Shown: positions 10,358 through 20,848 of the stretch, in pieces
Layout: each line of letters begins with the position of its first letter
Position numbering within the stretch: the first letter of the stretch is position 1
Virus record (IMG/VR): IMGVR_UViG_3300017971_002536
Coordinates: 1-64,000 of that record
Direction: 5' to 3' (one strand)
Length of the DNA stretch: 64,000 bases
Source: a virus
Translations under genes and position numbers: made by a program
The notes under the pieces: generated by a model
The model's input: the letters and a program-made list of their open reading frames with translations, nothing else
Told to the model about the DNA's origin: nothing
Database searches by the model: none

Positions 10358-11490
10358 AATCTATCATACTCCTTTACTTTGTCTATAACTCTATTCATTT
10401 CACTATCAGTCAAATCATGATGTATTGGTAAAAGAATAACATCTTTATCAACTAATTCTAAATTAGGTAAATCATTTCGTTTTTCGCCAAAGATAGAATA
10501 CTTGTCATTACGTCTATTGTTTACAACGACTTGAATACCATTATCCCACATAAACTGGGCGAACTTCCTTCGTTTCTCAACGTGTATAGGAAATATTTGA
10601 TAGTTTGGCTCTCGATCCTTGTAATATGTCAATAACCTAATCTTCGATAATCCACCTAATTCTTTCCTATATTGTTCTCCAATATATGATCTCCAACCAA
10701 AAGGTTTATCAAAATTGTTGATAGCAGCTATTCCCAGGGACGCTATAATATCATTCATATTATATTTGAATCCTAACTCAGTAATATCATCAGGTAATGG
10801 ATCATAAAATAAATTTGATTGTTTATTATCTCTATCTATTCCATACCACGCTCGTTTTTTCAATTCACTATAATATTCTTCATTGTTCGTACAAATAAGT
10901 CCACCATCACCGGCCGTTACAATCTTTACAGCTTGTAATGAAAATGTAACCAATTCACCGGTCTGACCAATATATTTTCCTCTATACTTTGATCCAATAG
11001 CATGAGCAGAATCTTCAATCAATGGTAGATTATGTAAATCAGCCAATTCTCGTATTTCTTCTAAATCCACAGGATTTCCGGCATAATGGACAACAACAAT
11101 AGCTTTTGTTTTCTTTGTTATTTTCTTTTCAATCGTTTCGGCAGTAACATTCAAATCACCATATCGAACATCAGCAAATACAGGAGTAGCACCTTGTTCC
11201 AATATAGAAGTATTTGTTGCTATGAAAGTATATGGAGTTGAAACGACTTCATCACCAGGTCCTATTCCCAACATTGAATATGTCGCCCGTAAAGCAGCAG
11301 TTCCATTGTTCACTGCTACACAATGCTTCGCTCCAAATCGGTTACAAAATGTCTCCCTCAATAACTTCTCATTCTTTCCGGTATTCAACCAACCGGTCTT
11401 TAAAACTTCAGTAACTCTCTCTATCGCTTCGTCAGGTACGTAAACTCCCCACGTCCTTACATCACCTGGCATTTCATAATCTTTCGCCAT
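10354..11490 (-). CDS. DegT-family sugar aminotransferase (perosamine synthase-like)
   Basis: NNGTAAL, TFIAT, IEDSAHA, FSLQAVK..GDGG, GFKYNM. Confidence 0.9.
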   Translation of the reverse strand: MAKDYEMPGDVRTWGVYVPDEAIERVTEVLKTGWLNTGKNEKLLRETFCNRFGAKHCVAVNNGTAALRATYSMLGIGPGDEVVSTPYTFIATNTSILEQGATPVFADVRYGDLNVTAETIEKKITKKTKAIVVVHYAGNPVDLEEIRELADLHNLPLIEDSAHAIGSKYRGKYIGQTGELVTFSLQAVKIVTAGDGGLICTNNEEYYSELKKRAWYGIDRDNKQSNLFYDPLPDDITELGFKYNMNDIIASLGIAAINNFDKPFGWRSYIGEQYRKELGGLSKIRLLTYYKDREPNYQIFPIHVEKRRKFAQFMWDNGIQVVVNNRRNDKYSIFGEKRNDLPNLELVDKDVILLPIHHDLTDSEMNRVIDKVKEYDRL

Positions 11491-11500
11491 TTCGCCTCCT

Positions 11501-12430
11501 TTAATACGGGTAAACTGATTCGTAAAATTTTATAGTTTCTTTTACACCACTATAAAAATCTGTGAATTCAAAATCAGGAAAATTCAAACTAAAATTTTTA
11601 TTATCCATAACCTTTTCCATAGCTCCATCTTGTTTTGATAAATCATGCGTCAACAATCCCTTATACTCAACAATAGGTGTAATAATATCTAACAATGTAT
11701 TTACACTGAAACCACGTTTCTGACCTATATTAACATTATATTTTATCTCTTTATTATTCAAAATGGTTAGTAAAATAACCCTACCAAAATCCCGAGCATA
11801 TAACCATTCACGAACCGGTTTACCTGTTCCCCAAACAACCAACTCCCCTTGTTTCTCATGTTTCGCTTTTACCACCTTTGATACAAGAGCGTTCAACGCA
11901 TGGGCTTTGTTTGGATCGGTTGAATCATACGGCCCATACATATTTGGAACATAAAAATTGATTGACTTTATACCATGTTCCATTTCATAACATTTCGCCA
12001 CTACCGTCAACAATCGTCGTGTCGTTCCATATGATACCACAGAATCATGTAACTCACCTTCCCAAAAATCACTCTCTCGATATAAACTTAAATGACCAGG
12101 AAATCCACAATTCGCTATTGGATTTATTACAACTGCTTTGGATTGTAACCTCGCTAACAAATAATACATATTTAATATCATCTTAGAATTTGTATCAATG
12201 ACCTCCGCAGCTTTATCGGTTACATAATTTAAACTTCCCACATTAGCAGCACAATTTACGATATAATCTGCGTCTCTTAACACTCTATCTTGGAAATCAT
12301 TTGTTCCTAAAAATCGTAAATCAAAACCATTAGACCTTGAAAGTGAACAAACATTTATTTCATTTTCTTGTAAAACATTAAATACATTTTGTCCTACAAA
12401 ACCATGTCCACCTAATATAACTACTTTCAT
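11501..12430 (-). CDS. GDP-4-keto-6-deoxymannose epimerase/reductase (Fcl/ColC-like)
   Basis: GGHGFVG, AANVG, PNMYGPYD..AHALNAL, VWGTGKPVREWLY. Confidence 0.85.
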   Translation of the reverse strand: MKVVILGGHGFVGQNVFNVLQENEINVCSLSRSNGFDLRFLGTNDFQDRVLRDADYIVNCAANVGSLNYVTDKAAEVIDTNSKMILNMYYLLARLQSKAVVINPIANCGFPGHLSLYRESDFWEGELHDSVVSYGTTRRLLTVVAKCYEMEHGIKSINFYVPNMYGPYDSTDPNKAHALNALVSKVVKAKHEKQGELVVWGTGKPVREWLYARDFGRVILLTILNNKEIKYNVNIGQKRGFSVNTLLDIITPIVEYKGLLTHDLSKQDGAMEKVMDNKNFSLNFPDFEFTDFYSGVKETIKFYESVYPY

Positions 12431-13128
12431 ATTAAACCCTCTCTTTTCATATCCTCTATTATATTCTCGTCTAAAGAACGCGGATCGTTGATAAACTTGA
12501 ATCCTAAACTACCATCTAAATTTCCACGTCTTACACCTTGACAATGATGTAAACAATAATCTCCCACCGTTCCCAATATTTTGTAACCATCATTTTTAGC
12601 TTTATCTCCAGCGACAATCTCAAAATCATGTGGATCAAGTCCAGGTTCCAAATACCTCAACATATATTTTCGATTCCATATTCCCCATAATAAAGACAAT
12701 CTATATAATTGATCTTGTCGCCGTTCAATAATATCATACGTTCCACAATTCTCAATTATATCATATGTTTTGTTTGGCATATCATTTGTTAAACCTATTC
12801 TTCCTACATTATCATCTAATAAAGATACAAGTTTACTAAAAATTTCGAAGTTAACCGGCCACGTCAAAAAATGATCTTCAACGGTGTGAATAAAAAATTC
12901 ATCGTCAATCGACTCAAAAAACTTTCTCAAGTCCGTTGACCACATTTTTATTCCACCTTCTTGTTTTCCAAGTGAAATAAAGTTAAAATTATCAGGCAAA
13001 TCAAATGTTGGTTCATCATAACCCAAAATTGTTACTTGTTTTCCAGGACTCCAAAACTTATTAAACAAGTAATAAAAAGGTTTCATTAAATGTAAATATT
13101 GATTTGCTGTAGAAACATAAATTTTCAT
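12427..13128 (-). CDS. Putative GT-A glycosyltransferase
   Basis: WSTDL..HTVEDHFL, IWNRKY; RBS AGGAG and ATGA overlap support a start at 13128. Confidence 0.5.
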   Translation of the reverse strand: MKIYVSTANQYLHLMKPFYYLFNKFWSPGKQVTILGYDEPTFDLPDNFNFISLGKQEGGIKMWSTDLRKFFESIDDEFFIHTVEDHFLTWPVNFEIFSKLVSLLDDNVGRIGLTNDMPNKTYDIIENCGTYDIIERRQDQLYRLSLLWGIWNRKYMLRYLEPGLDPHDFEIVAGDKAKNDGYKILGTVGDYCLHHCQGVRRGNLDGSLGFKFINDPRSLDENIIEDMKREGLI

Positions 13129-13901
13129 AACCTTTCTCCTATCCAAATTCCGGACCCCGTTTTTCTAAGTTCTGGTTCTTCTAATATTGTTATTTCAAAA
13201 CGTGATTTTAATTTTTTATAAAAAAACTCTCGTCTTTCTATATCAGTTTCAGGTATATTTGTCAATAAATAAAATCCTCCGGCACCTTTTATAATATTGT
13301 CAAAATAAAAATTAAATCCACTATGATCAAATTCAGTTAAAGAAAAATTACTAATAACTAAATCACTCTTTTTAGGTGTGACATTATTCGTATCTTCATG
13401 AATAACATTTTCAACATTTAATAATGAAAGATATTTTTTTGATAATTCTATTGATCCCGGAACATCTATTAAAGTATATGATTTGAATTTGTGTCGCCTT
13501 GATATTATGAAACATTGACCACCATAAGCCGAACCTATTTCTATAATATTTTTATTGTCAAATGACCCAAAATGTTTTTCTATTTCTCCCAATATAACCA
13601 TATATCTTAATGTGTTTGGTGAAAACTTTCCTATCTTTGTTTCAAAAGTTATTGGTGTACCATATTTGTCATTTTCTTGAAATTTTTTAACATCTTTTAA
13701 TAATTGTTCATGTTTTTCTTTTATTTCCTTAATTAAAATATTACACGCATCTTCGCCCATCGTATCACAACCAACAACCGATCTATATATTTCATTTTGT
13801 TTGAATGTTAAAAATAAATCTTTATTATTGACTATATTTTTTAATGTTTCTTGATATAATGGTTCATTAAATTTAGGCACCCAATTACCTTGATATTTCA
13901 T
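13125..13901 (-). CDS. Putative sugar O-methyltransferase
   Basis: NDKYGTP, SPNTLRY, IIEIGSAYGGQC, DLVISNFSLTE. Confidence 0.75.
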   Translation of the reverse strand: MKYQGNWVPKFNEPLYQETLKNIVNNKDLFLTFKQNEIYRSVVGCDTMGEDACNILIKEIKEKHEQLLKDVKKFQENDKYGTPITFETKIGKFSPNTLRYMVILGEIEKHFGSFDNKNIIEIGSAYGGQCFIISRRHKFKSYTLIDVPGSIELSKKYLSLLNVENVIHEDTNNVTPKKSDLVISNFSLTEFDHSGFNFYFDNIIKGAGGFYLLTNIPETDIERREFFYKKLKSRFEITILEEPELRKTGSGIWIGERL

Positions 13902-14850
13902 ATTCGTCTCTCCTAACAATATTGAATAAATACTTCATTCTGTTTGTCGATGTATGATATTTTAAACCATGTTCATAACCATTTTCACCAACTTGAATCG
14001 CATGATCTCTATGTGATATATAAAATCTTGCTTTTGCTTTAAATTGTTCTATTGTCCTAAAATTTACTATATTTGTTCCCTCTCTAAAATCATATGGAAT
14101 AATTATATTGTATTCTTCAGAGAATAAACAAGATTTACTCGCAAGAATTTCCCAACGACGAGCATTACAATCTCCACCACCAAGAGCATCAACAGAAATT
14201 AATGATCTTGTCATATACTCAAGATATGTGTCTCTCGCAAAAGCTTTTCCTACAACAACTTTATATCCCTCTTGTTCTCCCAATTCAATACACGCTTGTT
14301 CAACTTCAGCTCTCAATCCAGTATCTACTTGACCAAACGCACAAAATAAATCGATGTCTCTTTCATTGTCTTTATTTGTATAATAATTGTTAAGTATAGC
14401 AAAAGGGAAAGGTATACAACCAAATTCATCTATATCTTGTTGATAACACTCCCTCTTGAAATACCACTTAGCCTTTGTTAACATTTCTTCGTTGATCCAA
14501 GGCTCGCCCCGACGACGGGAATAATCATATTTCGCTTCTAAAGCTTGACCGGGTTTTGGATTCGGTTGTCCGGTATATGTCCACTCACTACCATCTATAT
14601 AAATCGTTTTTTTAGGTTGATTTATTTCATCTAATAAATGAAATCGACCCATATGTTTGCCCCAAATAGCAAAAATATAATCAGCCGTTTTAGCATGTTC
14701 AATAACCTCCGGTTCAGAATAAATAGAAACATTTACTCTATCCATTGGATCACTCGCAATTATTTCCACTCCAAGATTTTGTAAACCCTCTATTACTGCA
14801 TGAGCGGTATAATCATATTTACGATTCGGTGTTATTGCTATTACTTTCAT
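13885..14850 (-). CDS. GT-B glycosyltransferase (CgeB/Glyco_trans_1_2-like)
   Basis: IYIDGSE, YFKRE, GGGDCNARRWEI, GYEH..KYHT. Confidence 0.75.
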   Translation of the reverse strand: MKVIAITPNRKYDYTAHAVIEGLQNLGVEIIASDPMDRVNVSIYSEPEVIEHAKTADYIFAIWGKHMGRFHLLDEINQPKKTIYIDGSEWTYTGQPNPKPGQALEAKYDYSRRRGEPWINEEMLTKAKWYFKRECYQQDIDEFGCIPFPFAILNNYYTNKDNERDIDLFCAFGQVDTGLRAEVEQACIELGEQEGYKVVVGKAFARDTYLEYMTRSLISVDALGGGDCNARRWEILASKSCLFSEEYNIIIPYDFREGTNIVNFRTIEQFKAKARFYISHRDHAIQVGENGYEHGLKYHTSTNRMKYLFNIVRRDEYEISR

Positions 14851-15550
14851 CTTTTATTGTCCTTACTAAAATTTGTGACGCACTCAATCCCGTCTCACCG
14901 TCTAAATATTCTTTCCCTTGTTCCTTTAGAACATCCGTACAATTCATTATTGGTTTTCCCAACTTATTTTTTACAAAAAATTCTTTTACCGCTCGTGGCT
15001 CACCTTGTTTATCAGGTTCACCTTCATAAGTTTCTGGTGTATGATTACATGGAGCACCATTACTTTCATACATAGGCCAATCATGTACCCAAATTGGAAC
15101 ATTATTTTTTAACTTTGGTAATACATTTTCACTATACCATTGACCAAAACTATAAGTGTGTTCAGAATCAATAAACATAAAATCACAATTTTCTATATAA
15201 TGATCCTTTAATTGTTCTTCCGCACTACCTTCAATTAAAGTTCTCGTAACTTTTCCGGTTTCTACATCAAATCTTTTACTACCAGCATGTAAATCAAAAC
15301 TATATATCTCACATTTGTTTCGATTTTTATTACATGCCTTTAATATTATATTTGTTGTAAATCCTTTGTCAGGTGACATTTCAACAATAAATTTTGGTTT
15401 TACTAATCGTATCATTGAATACAATACTTCGCTTTCAAATACATTAAACGCATTACCAACCAACTCAATTTCTTCCTCTAACTTTTCCCTATCAAATTCC
15501 TTACTAAATTTTTCCCACGCTTCCAATATCGTTTCTTTTTCTATTATCAT
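14819..15550 (-). CDS. Class I SAM methyltransferase (Methyltransf_24-like)
   Basis: IVEMSPDKGFTT, DFMFIDSEH, VHD. Confidence 0.75.
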   Translation of the reverse strand: MIIEKETILEAWEKFSKEFDREKLEEEIELVGNAFNVFESEVLYSMIRLVKPKFIVEMSPDKGFTTNIILKACNKNRNKCEIYSFDLHAGSKRFDVETGKVTRTLIEGSAEEQLKDHYIENCDFMFIDSEHTYSFGQWYSENVLPKLKNNVPIWVHDWPMYESNGAPCNHTPETYEGEPDKQGEPRAVKEFFVKNKLGKPIMNCTDVLKEQGKEYLDGETGLSASQILVRTIKDESNSNNTES

Positions 15551-16500
15551 TTTACTACCTCATAAAATAGTTTCCGTACCGCATCATATGAATATATTTC
15601 ATTTAAATTTTCCCACGCATTTTGCATCATTTGTATTCTATAATCATACTCATGTAAACATAATACAAATTCCTTCTCTAATATTGTCCAATCGTTTGTT
15701 GCTGTGTCCGACCACAAAAATTCGTGTGAATCATTCACACCACCAATATGTATTACACCTAACGCAGCACACTGCATTGCTTGTTGACCCGGATATTGTG
15801 GAGTTGGATCAAGATTAAAATGAAATGTACAAGGCGTCCATAATTTTAAAAAATCTTCCCATTGTTTCTTACTATCTTGTGTATGTGTCCTAACATATGG
15901 AACATTAAACTTCTTACTAATATACTCTGTAAATTTTTGTGTTTCGCCATGACGTGTGGCGTTGTGAACAGGAAAATACGAAAATATCTTTTCCTCTCGT
16001 TCCTCTTGATAAAAATTGTTGTATAAATAATTCGTGTCTACCGGTTGTGGTAAAAAATGAATAGGTTTCTTGACGTGCTCATTGATCCCAGGAAATAAGT
16101 TTGAATCACTTACCGGAACAATCACCGAATCACATTGATTATATACTTCAATTCTTTGTTGGTAAGTATGTGACCAATTCCACGTCTCTTTGAGAGCAGC
16201 ATATAACTTAGCATTTGGATATTTCTTTCTCAAATCACTAATCTTATATTTGAGAAAATCTCTCTCAATTATAATAAAAATAACATCCAAATCTAAATCA
16301 GGTAATTCTTCCCACTCACTCCAATTTATAAAACATCCATCAAATACAAATGGATAGCCCCAAAATCCAATGAACGACTCATTTTTCACTGAATGGTGAA
16401 ATGAATAAGGTACATCAGGATCTTTCATCCGGTACGCTTTGTTATCTCTTACTACATACGACTCTACTTTACATGAATCTACTATTAAGGCAAATTTCAT
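15547..16500 (-). CDS. Putative GT-B glycosyltransferase
   Basis: LPQPVD, FHFNLDP..PGQQAMQCAALG, YSYDAV. Confidence 0.55.
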   Translation of the reverse strand: MKFALIVDSCKVESYVVRDNKAYRMKDPDVPYSFHHSVKNESFIGFWGYPFVFDGCFINWSEWEELPDLDLDVIFIIIERDFLKYKISDLRKKYPNAKLYAALKETWNWSHTYQQRIEVYNQCDSVIVPVSDSNLFPGINEHVKKPIHFLPQPVDTNYLYNNFYQEEREEKIFSYFPVHNATRHGETQKFTEYISKKFNVPYVRTHTQDSKKQWEDFLKLWTPCTFHFNLDPTPQYPGQQAMQCAALGVIHIGGVNDSHEFLWSDTATNDWTILEKEFVLCLHEYDYRIQMMQNAWENLNEIYSYDAVRKLFYEVVK

Positions 16501-17795
16501 TGTTTAAATTCCTCTATAACTTTATTTATATAATTTATGACTTCATTTGTATAATGTGGCGAACATCCTACAAAAAATACCCTCTTTAATACTTCATTCG
16601 CCATAGGGTAATCTTCCCAATTATCTAAATCTTTGTACGCGGGATGAATTAAAATATTTCCTGCAAAATAATTCCTTGTTTGAATTCCATTTGTTTCAAG
16701 ATGTTTTACAAGTTTATCTTTCAACTCTCTTGTCTCACAAATAATTGGAACACCGAACCATGATACGTCAGCTGCGGGATCAACATATACTTTCTTTATC
16801 CCTTTGATCTTTGAAAATATTCTCTCTATTCTCTCTTTATGATCTTGACGTAATGTATGAATCTTATCAAACTTCTCAAGTTGAACAACTCCCATAGCAC
16901 CTTGAATATCTAATGGTTTCAAATTATATCCAAGATTTGTAAATACATATTTGTGATCAACTACACCGTCATACATTGGTTCTAACCACTTACAAAATCT
17001 ATTCTTACACGTTCCATTTGGTAAAAGATTCGCCATACCAACACAATAACAATCTCTACCCCACCAGGAAATACTACGAGCAATGTCTATGACTTCTTTT
17101 ATTTTTGAAGATACCATTCCACCCTCACCCGTTGTTATATGATGTGCGGGATAAAATGAACATGAAGATGCTACACAATGATCAGTCAAGTAATCATCTA
17201 ACCACTTTGACCCTAAACTATCGCAGTTATCAAGTATCAACTCTATATCATAATCCATTTTTATATCTTCAAGAACATCCATGTCGGGCGGATTAGCAAG
17301 AACAGGTGAAATGATAATAGCTTTCGTCTTACTTGTAATTTTTTCCTTTATCAAATCTACATCAAAATTTAAAGTGTCCATTTCAATATCAACAAATACG
17401 GGCTTCAATCCATTCATGATTATTGGCGATAATGTTGTAGGAAATCCTACTACCGATAAAATAATCTCGTCACCATCTTTCCAACCAAAATACTTTTTAA
17501 GAGCAGCAATCATAACTAAATTCGCTGAACTACCGGAATTAACCATCACTGAATGTCCAACACCAAACTTCTTTGAAAATTCATTCTCAAACTTATATAC
17601 GTTTTCGCCACTTGAAAACCACTTCCCAAATATTAAAGTTTCCATTATAGCGGATAACTCCTTTTCATCAAAAAATGGACCTGAATAAAATACCTTACCA
17701 TCAAACTTCTTATTATTATGAGCAAACTTTGGTACAATTCCAAATTCGTCAGTCAATTTATTTATAAATTCATCTATCTTTTGTTTCTTATCCAT
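16497..17795 (-). CDS. rfbH: NDP-4-keto-6-deoxyhexose 3-dehydratase (RfbH/DdhC E1- or ColD-like)
   Basis: VNSGSSANL; SFYPAHHITTGEGG (His at the usual PLP-Lys position); WGRDCYC..TC; DHKY; GYNLKP; TRNYFAGN. Confidence 0.85.
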   Translation of the reverse strand: MDKKQKIDEFINKLTDEFGIVPKFAHNNKKFDGKVFYSGPFFDEKELSAIMETLIFGKWFSSGENVYKFENEFSKKFGVGHSVMVNSGSSANLVMIAALKKYFGWKDGDEIILSVVGFPTTLSPIIMNGLKPVFVDIEMDTLNFDVDLIKEKITSKTKAIIISPVLANPPDMDVLEDIKMDYDIELILDNCDSLGSKWLDDYLTDHCVASSCSFYPAHHITTGEGGMVSSKIKEVIDIARSISWWGRDCYCVGMANLLPNGTCKNRFCKWLEPMYDGVVDHKYVFTNLGYNLKPLDIQGAMGVVQLEKFDKIHTLRQDHKERIERIFSKIKGIKKVYVDPAADVSWFGVPIICETRELKDKLVKHLETNGIQTRNYFAGNILIHPAYKDLDNWEDYPMANEVLKRVFFVGCSPHYTNEVINYINKVIEEFKQ

Positions 17796-18843
17796 TATCT
17801 ACTCCCACTCCGTCTAAATCTTTCAATAAATTATATAAATGTAATATCCTATTTTTTACACTATTTCGATATGTATATACTTCTTGCATTTGTCCAGCTA
17901 AATGTTCCATCCAATATCGCCAGTTTGTTAAAACCTCGTCAAGTCTTTCCTCTAAATCACTCCAATCCCATTTGATAGCCATATAAGTTCCCTTGTCAAT
18001 GTAAATGTTTGGTATCGTATCGATATGACTCATATCATTTTTGAATAACACACTACCAAACATCGATGATTCTATGTCCCGGGGCGCCATTTCGCCGTAT
18101 CCCAATGGAGCTATGACAATTTTACTGTTCCTCATTTTTTCGTAATATTCTCCTTGTGGAATTCTTACACCATTTTTGATTCTCGCTACCCTGTGTTTGT
18201 CCTCTAATACTTCTAACTTATCTACCAATCCACGACGAAAATCATCATAATGCTTTGACTGTAACGCTCCATGTTCATATACCTCTTTACCCATCGGAAA
18301 TTGAAACATTGCAGAAATGTCATTGTATTTATCATCCCCACGACCAGGAATATCCCACCTCGGTTGTATCGTCGATAACCAATTAAAACCTGTCAACTTC
18401 ATCTTGTGTTTCATCTTATCTATATCAGGTACAGAATAAGTTCCCTCTCCCCAATACATTCTTCCAAGATTCCATTTTTCTTTATATAAATCAAAATCCT
18501 TGAGATATGAAGTTTTAAGAAATAATTTACATCTTTTATCTTTATAAACATGACGAAATACGTCAATAGTTCCTATCAATGTCGTGGCGTCCTGCCCATC
18601 AACTATAATGTAATCTCCATCTATCTTGTCTAATGTAGTCAAACCATAATGTACAGATTCTCGTAAAGGTAATTTTTTATCCGCAATAGATGCTTGAGCA
18701 ACCATCGTAAAATCATATGAAGTTGTATCATCTAATACTAATTGAATACCTACTTCACGAAGTTGATCCATTATAAATAACCATGGGCGAAATGTTGTTT
18801 CATTTCTATGTATGTCGTATTCGTGTAACTTTATTTTTATCAT
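17788..18843 (-). CDS. GT-B glycosyltransferase (Glyco_trans_1_2-like)
   Basis: IVDGQD, SKIVIAPLGYGEMAPRDIE, WDWSDL. Confidence 0.7.
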   Translation of the reverse strand: MIKIKLHEYDIHRNETTFRPWLFIMDQLREVGIQLVLDDTTSYDFTMVAQASIADKKLPLRESVHYGLTTLDKIDGDYIIVDGQDATTLIGTIDVFRHVYKDKRCKLFLKTSYLKDFDLYKEKWNLGRMYWGEGTYSVPDIDKMKHKMKLTGFNWLSTIQPRWDIPGRGDDKYNDISAMFQFPMGKEVYEHGALQSKHYDDFRRGLVDKLEVLEDKHRVARIKNGVRIPQGEYYEKMRNSKIVIAPLGYGEMAPRDIESSMFGSVLFKNDMSHIDTIPNIYIDKGTYMAIKWDWSDLEERLDEVLTNWRYWMEHLAGQMQEVYTYRNSVKNRILHLYNLLKDLDGVGVDNG

Positions 18844-19067
18844 TTTTTCTCGACTTTTTTTGTTTCTTTTTCTGCAACTACAAAATAAACTTTCGTTATA
18901 TCAAATGATGCTACAACTTCAATATCAGAATATTCATCGGTTTGACCTTGATTTCTAACTACGTTTTTTGAAAAAACGGCAACAACTCCGTCAACATATA
19001 CGGAATCGGCTTCAACATTTACAGCGTATGTTGAATCATATGATACAACAGTATATCCTCTTTTCAT
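18840..19067 (-). CDS. Hypothetical protein
   Basis: 75-aa ORF with AGGAG RBS, translationally coupled to neighbours. Confidence 0.7.
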   Translation of the reverse strand: MKRGYTVVSYDSTYAVNVEADSVYVDGVVAVFSKNVVRNQGQTDEYSDIEVVASFDITKVYFVVAEKETKKVEKK

Positions 19068-19078
19068 AATCGTTCTCC

Positions 19079-19732
19079 TTATTTTCTACCATAACGCGGA
19101 TCAATCTCCGCATATTTTTGATTTTGTTTTACTTGTGTGTCTAATGTCTTTATATGTTTTATCGCCATGTGTTCGGCTAACTCCACATCAAAAGGTAATG
19201 GTGAATGTGTCTTATATCCAACTACCCTTTCATGTACAGGTTTCTCCCAATGAATACGGGGATAATCATTCAAATATATTCTATTTTGTGGATCAGGCCA
19301 GTTAATCCAACCCCTTTCGTCTAATCGTTGTCCAAATCGAGGCGCTAACTCAGCAGTCATTCCCTCGACTATATTGATACGCGGTAACCATATACATTCA
19401 GTATCACTTTGTTCTATTATCAAATGAATGTTCTCTAAAACGTACTCAGGAAATATCTCGTCGGCGTCAGGATTTATGATCCAATCACCGGTACATTGTT
19501 CCGTCATAAAGTTCTTTTGATCAGAGTAATGATTATTTAATGACCTTGTAAAAACTTTTATTAAATTACATGATTCTTCATACCTTTTCAATATGTTGGT
19601 TGTCGCCTCTTCCCCTACATCATGTACAATAATAATCTCATATTCATATTGTCTTGGAACAATCAATGAATCTAATAACTTTTCTAATGATTCTGTTTCA
19701 TTATGACAAAGTAACGCATAACTAATTTTCAT
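19079..19732 (-). CDS. GT2 glycosyltransferase (WaaE-like)
   Basis: ISYALLCHNE, QKN..CTGDWIINPDADE, WPDPQ.R, VHE; start moved to MKISY. Confidence 0.85.
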   Translation of the reverse strand: MKISYALLCHNETESLEKLLDSLIVPRQYEYEIIIVHDVGEEATTNILKRYEESCNLIKVFTRSLNNHYSDQKNFMTEQCTGDWIINPDADEIFPEYVLENIHLIIEQSDTECIWLPRINIVEGMTAELAPRFGQRLDERGWINWPDPQNRIYLNDYPRIHWEKPVHERVVGYKTHSPLPFDVELAEHMAIKHIKTLDTQVKQNQKYAEIDPRYGRK

Positions 19733-20009
19733 CTTCACTCCCACTTCCAAATGTTCTATCCCACCATTCAGGTTTTTCTCCGGGATCAACTTCACCAATA
19801 ACATGAACTGTACTACAGGTCATTGGATACCACGCAACCAAATAAAATTTACCTTTTTCATGTTTAAATTTTTCTGGATAATGATAATTTCCGAAATCTT
19901 CCGCTAATTCATCCACAGTTACACAACGTAACTCTACCTTTCCTATATCCTTTTTTAGATCATCTGAATAAAATGTAAAATCTAATTCATCATAAAAATT
20001 AATTTTCAT
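19722..20009 (-). CDS. Hypothetical protein
   Basis: ORF coupled to neighbours. Confidence 0.6.
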   Translation of the reverse strand: MKINFYDELDFTFYSDDLKKDIGKVELRCVTVDELAEDFGNYHYPEKFKHEKGKFYLVAWYPMTCSTVHVIGEVDPGEKPEWWDRTFGSGSEDEN

Positions 20010-20319
20010 CTTTTCCTCTTTTCCATTCTTGAAATTCTTCCCACTCTTTTGAAAACATTGGAGTTAATATAAGTGATCCTAATTTTTCTCGTCTTTCATT
20101 ATCTACTCGCCTCCAATATTCAGTCGTTGTTAAAAACCTTTCTCTCTTTGGATCATATGTTTTGTGGGCGAAACATCCACCTTTACCATCTACCGGAGCC
20201 CAAACGTTAATTAATCCATCGTCACATTTTGTCGGTTTGAACCTCTCCGGGATTTCAAATGGATCGTCTGCCTCAAAAAAATAAAACTGTAACGCTTCTT
20301 CAAAAACCTTTTTAAACAT
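19999..20319 (-). CDS. Hypothetical protein
   Basis: ORF coupled to neighbours. Confidence 0.6.
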   Translation of the reverse strand: MFKKVFEEALQFYFFEADDPFEIPERFKPTKCDDGLINVWAPVDGKGGCFAHKTYDPKRERFLTTTEYWRRVDNERREKLGSLILTPMFSKEWEEFQEWKRGKDEN

Positions 20320-20322
20320 AAC

Positions 20323-20838
20323 TTATCCTTTCTTCACTTTTCCTAATTCAATCGCTTCTTCAAGTCCTTCTGACGTTCCCATGTACATATCTTTAAATCT
20401 ATAATCGATTACTCTTACACTCGTCATTCCACTTCTTTCATATGTCCTATAAGGTGACTCTTTACCTTGATAATATGTATCAATAAATCGTTTCATTTGT
20501 TTTCCATAAAAGGCTTGTGGATTTCCAACATCAGCTTTAAGTAGTGGAAGTCTTAACCCGGTTAACTTTTGAATCTTTCCGGAAACCTTTTCTCTCACTA
20601 AATCATATAATTTTCTAAGTAATACATCACTAATATAATCCAATGTGATAGCGTGCATCTTACCTTTATAGTAAGGATTTAAAACCAATACTAAAGGACG
20701 GGATACCCTCGCATGTTTACCCTTGTAATTAAATCTTATTATTTGTCCCGGTCTAAGAGCAGTCAAATTCGTTGTAGCATCTTCACGAATAATGTTTCTC
20801 TCGTGAAATCTTAGCCAGGAACGCGGTTCTAAAGCCAT
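20323..20838 (-). CDS. T4 gp2-like DNA end protector protein
   Basis: PGQIIRFNY..PLVLVL..HAITLDYI..YRTY resembles the gp2 core pattern. Confidence 0.55.
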   Translation of the reverse strand: MALEPRSWLRFHERNIIREDATTNLTALRPGQIIRFNYKGKHARVSRPLVLVLNPYYKGKMHAITLDYISDVLLRKLYDLVREKVSGKIQKLTGLRLPLLKADVGNPQAFYGKQMKRFIDTYYQGKESPYRTYERSGMTSVRVIDYRFKDMYMGTSEGLEEAIELGKVKKG

Positions 20839-20848
20839 GTTATTTCTC

